64,000 nt of DNA from Calcarisporiella thermophila CBS 279.70 (lineage: Eukaryota; Fungi; Calcarisporiellomycota): NCBI RefSeq assembly GCF_041956535.1, contig NW_027192191.1, positions 131,702 through 195,701 of the forward strand. Direction: 5' to 3'. Shown here piece after piece: positions 62,449 through 64,000 of the stretch. The translations under genes and the position numbers were made by a program. Positions within the stretch are counted from its first letter, which is position 1. The number at the start of each line of letters is the position of its first letter. Below the pieces are notes generated by a model that was given only the letters and a program-made list of their open reading frames with translations, ran no database searches and was not told the DNA's origin.

Positions 62449-63520
62449 CACCAGCGAGTTCTGCGAATGGATATGCAGGCGGAAACAAAGAAGAGAAGAA
62501 GCACCAATGCTTCCTAAACGATGATATGATAAAGCGAATGGGAGGAGAGTTGCGATCAATAAAGACTGAAAACCCTGTGCTTCTTTTTTTAAAATATTCT
62601 AATGACGGCTTCTGCCATAGAGGCTTAAAATGGCTTCTTATTCGTGCGAAGCCAAATTCTTTGATCCGGCGGAGATTGGGCCGCCTAATGGATCCTGCTG
62701 ACAGCTTTTTGAGCCCAACTTTCTCTCACCAAACTCTATCCCCTCCTCCCTGCTTTCCCCGCAAAGAGCTTAGAGAGAGCGGTGTGACTGCCGTCCCCTC
62801 GACTCCCTCTCACCGTTAGAGCTTGTTGCTGAATGATTCAGCCAACCCGTTCTTTCATGAATTTCGTCTTGGATTCTGACAGCTGTCAGCCTGGTTCTCG
62901 TGAGTTGGAATAGGAGGCATCAAAGAGGGTGGCGAGGATATGGGGTCCCAGCCTTGCCGCGCTGATGGCTGATAACGGCATTTTGGAAAAAATTTGGCCG
63001 GTGTAGAGAGGCTTGGAAAACCTGCCGTCTTCCGGATACATTCCGATGCAATTCAATTTTGTATTTGTCAAATTGCAGAGCAGAAGGACAGTTCTCTGTG
63101 GCAAGTCCCTTTCTTTCAATATGGGACTAAGGGCCGAGAGCCTTGATTTTAACAAGGTAAAGCCACCGCAATATTTGTTTACCTAGCTGCATTGCTATCT
63201 GGCACTGTAATGAAAGTATCTCAAGCATTTTGATTTGAACTATCACACTTGAAACATTTAGTGCGGGCCAGAAACATGGTTGCAAACGCGTAGACAAGAC
63301 CTCTTTATATAAAGGGGAAAGGGAAATATAAAAGTAAGGAAACCAAATGGGGGGGGGGGGAGATATAGTATTTAAATAATGCAACGAGAAAAAAAAATAA
63401 CAACAAAATGTAACACCTCGTTAGAAGAATACAAAGGGGGGATAACGAGAAATTAAATAATTTTACATATGTAGAGAGAGAGCCCATCCTGACCCATCTT
63501 AATACAATTTAATCAATCTC

Positions 63521-64000
63521 CTAGTCCGTCAGCGCCAGCTCATTCTCACTGCCACTACTGCTGGCGCCACAACAGCCACCACCAATGACGGCCAGAGCCG
63601 GGAAGAGGTGCTGCGGAATTCCACTCTTTCCGTGGGCCTCTTGCTCTAGACCCACTCGCAGTTCCATTGTCGCCACCTTGTCTCGTAGTGCTGCGGTTTG
63701 CTTCTCTAGCTGCTTGATATAACCGACCGCCTTGCTCAGCACCACGCTTTTGGAGTAGTTTGCGTCCCGCAAAGCGGGGACGATCTCGGTCAGTTCTGAA
63801 TAGCCTAGGCGAATGGCATTCCGCCGCTTCTGTTCGGAGGCTATGTGGTTGGCGCGTTTTTCGTCTTCCGTGAGAAGCTCCCGAGCCATGCCTTGGCTGC
63901 TGTTCTTTCTTGTGGACGCGGACGGTCTTCTCTTGGAGTGTTCGGCAGGAGGGTTGGCTTCTGGGGACTGTCGTGAGTTGAGCGAGAGCTTGCGAGCGCG
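63521..64000 (-). CDS. bHLH-Zip transcription factor (Mlx/Ino4-like), 5'-truncated by the window edge
   Basis: RELLTEDEKRANHIASEQKRRNAIRLGYSELTEIVP..SKSVVLSKAVGYIKQL followed by a zipper. Confidence 0.9.
   Translation of the reverse strand, partial: RARKLSLNSRQSPEANPPAEHSKRRPSASTRKNSSQGMARELLTEDEKRANHIASEQKRRNAIRLGYSELTEIVPALRDANYSKSVVLSKAVGYIKQLEKQTAALRDKVATMELRVGLEQEAHGKSGIPQHLFPALAVIGGGCCGASSSGSENELALTD

Noticed and set aside
63099-63130. AAGTCCC...GGGACT resembling RNase MRP P4
   Set aside because: The two strands are adjacent and form a simple hairpin, rather than lying at opposite ends of an RNA.

Overview
Gene-dense, intron-rich (mostly 50-130 nt GT-AG introns) eukaryotic DNA. It is almost certainly from an early-diverging fungus: Zn2Cys6 TF, AA11 LPMO, Slt2 MAPK and class II DAHP synthase occur alongside Nup37 and UBE2S, which budding yeast lacks. 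Zoopagomycota/Entomophthoromycotina is my inference, not proven. I assembled about 32 protein-coding genes by manual splicing, plus one tRNA-Gln(CTG) and one SAM-methyltransferase pseudogene that the ORF track misses. Housekeeping blocks alternate with AT-rich accessory stretches (about 1.3-7 kb and 43-45.7 kb). The most notable item is a tRNA-flanked AT-rich island and its neighbours. It carries an intronless secreted Kunitz/BPTI inhibitor with a bacterial-type GGCGGxVxF loop (HGT candidate) and a small Cys-rich secreted protein with partial hydrophobin-like spacing, followed by a sigma-like GST and a secreted HEXXH metalloprotease. Other leads are a transition-riddled pseudogene, a GC/GT donor pair that could switch cytochrome b5 between tail-anchored and soluble forms, a structured 5'UTR intron in asparagine synthetase, dual-ATG MOD5, a two-finger zinc microprotein and a repeat-rich secreted protein. 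All exon boundaries were read by eye and need RNA-seq confirmation.
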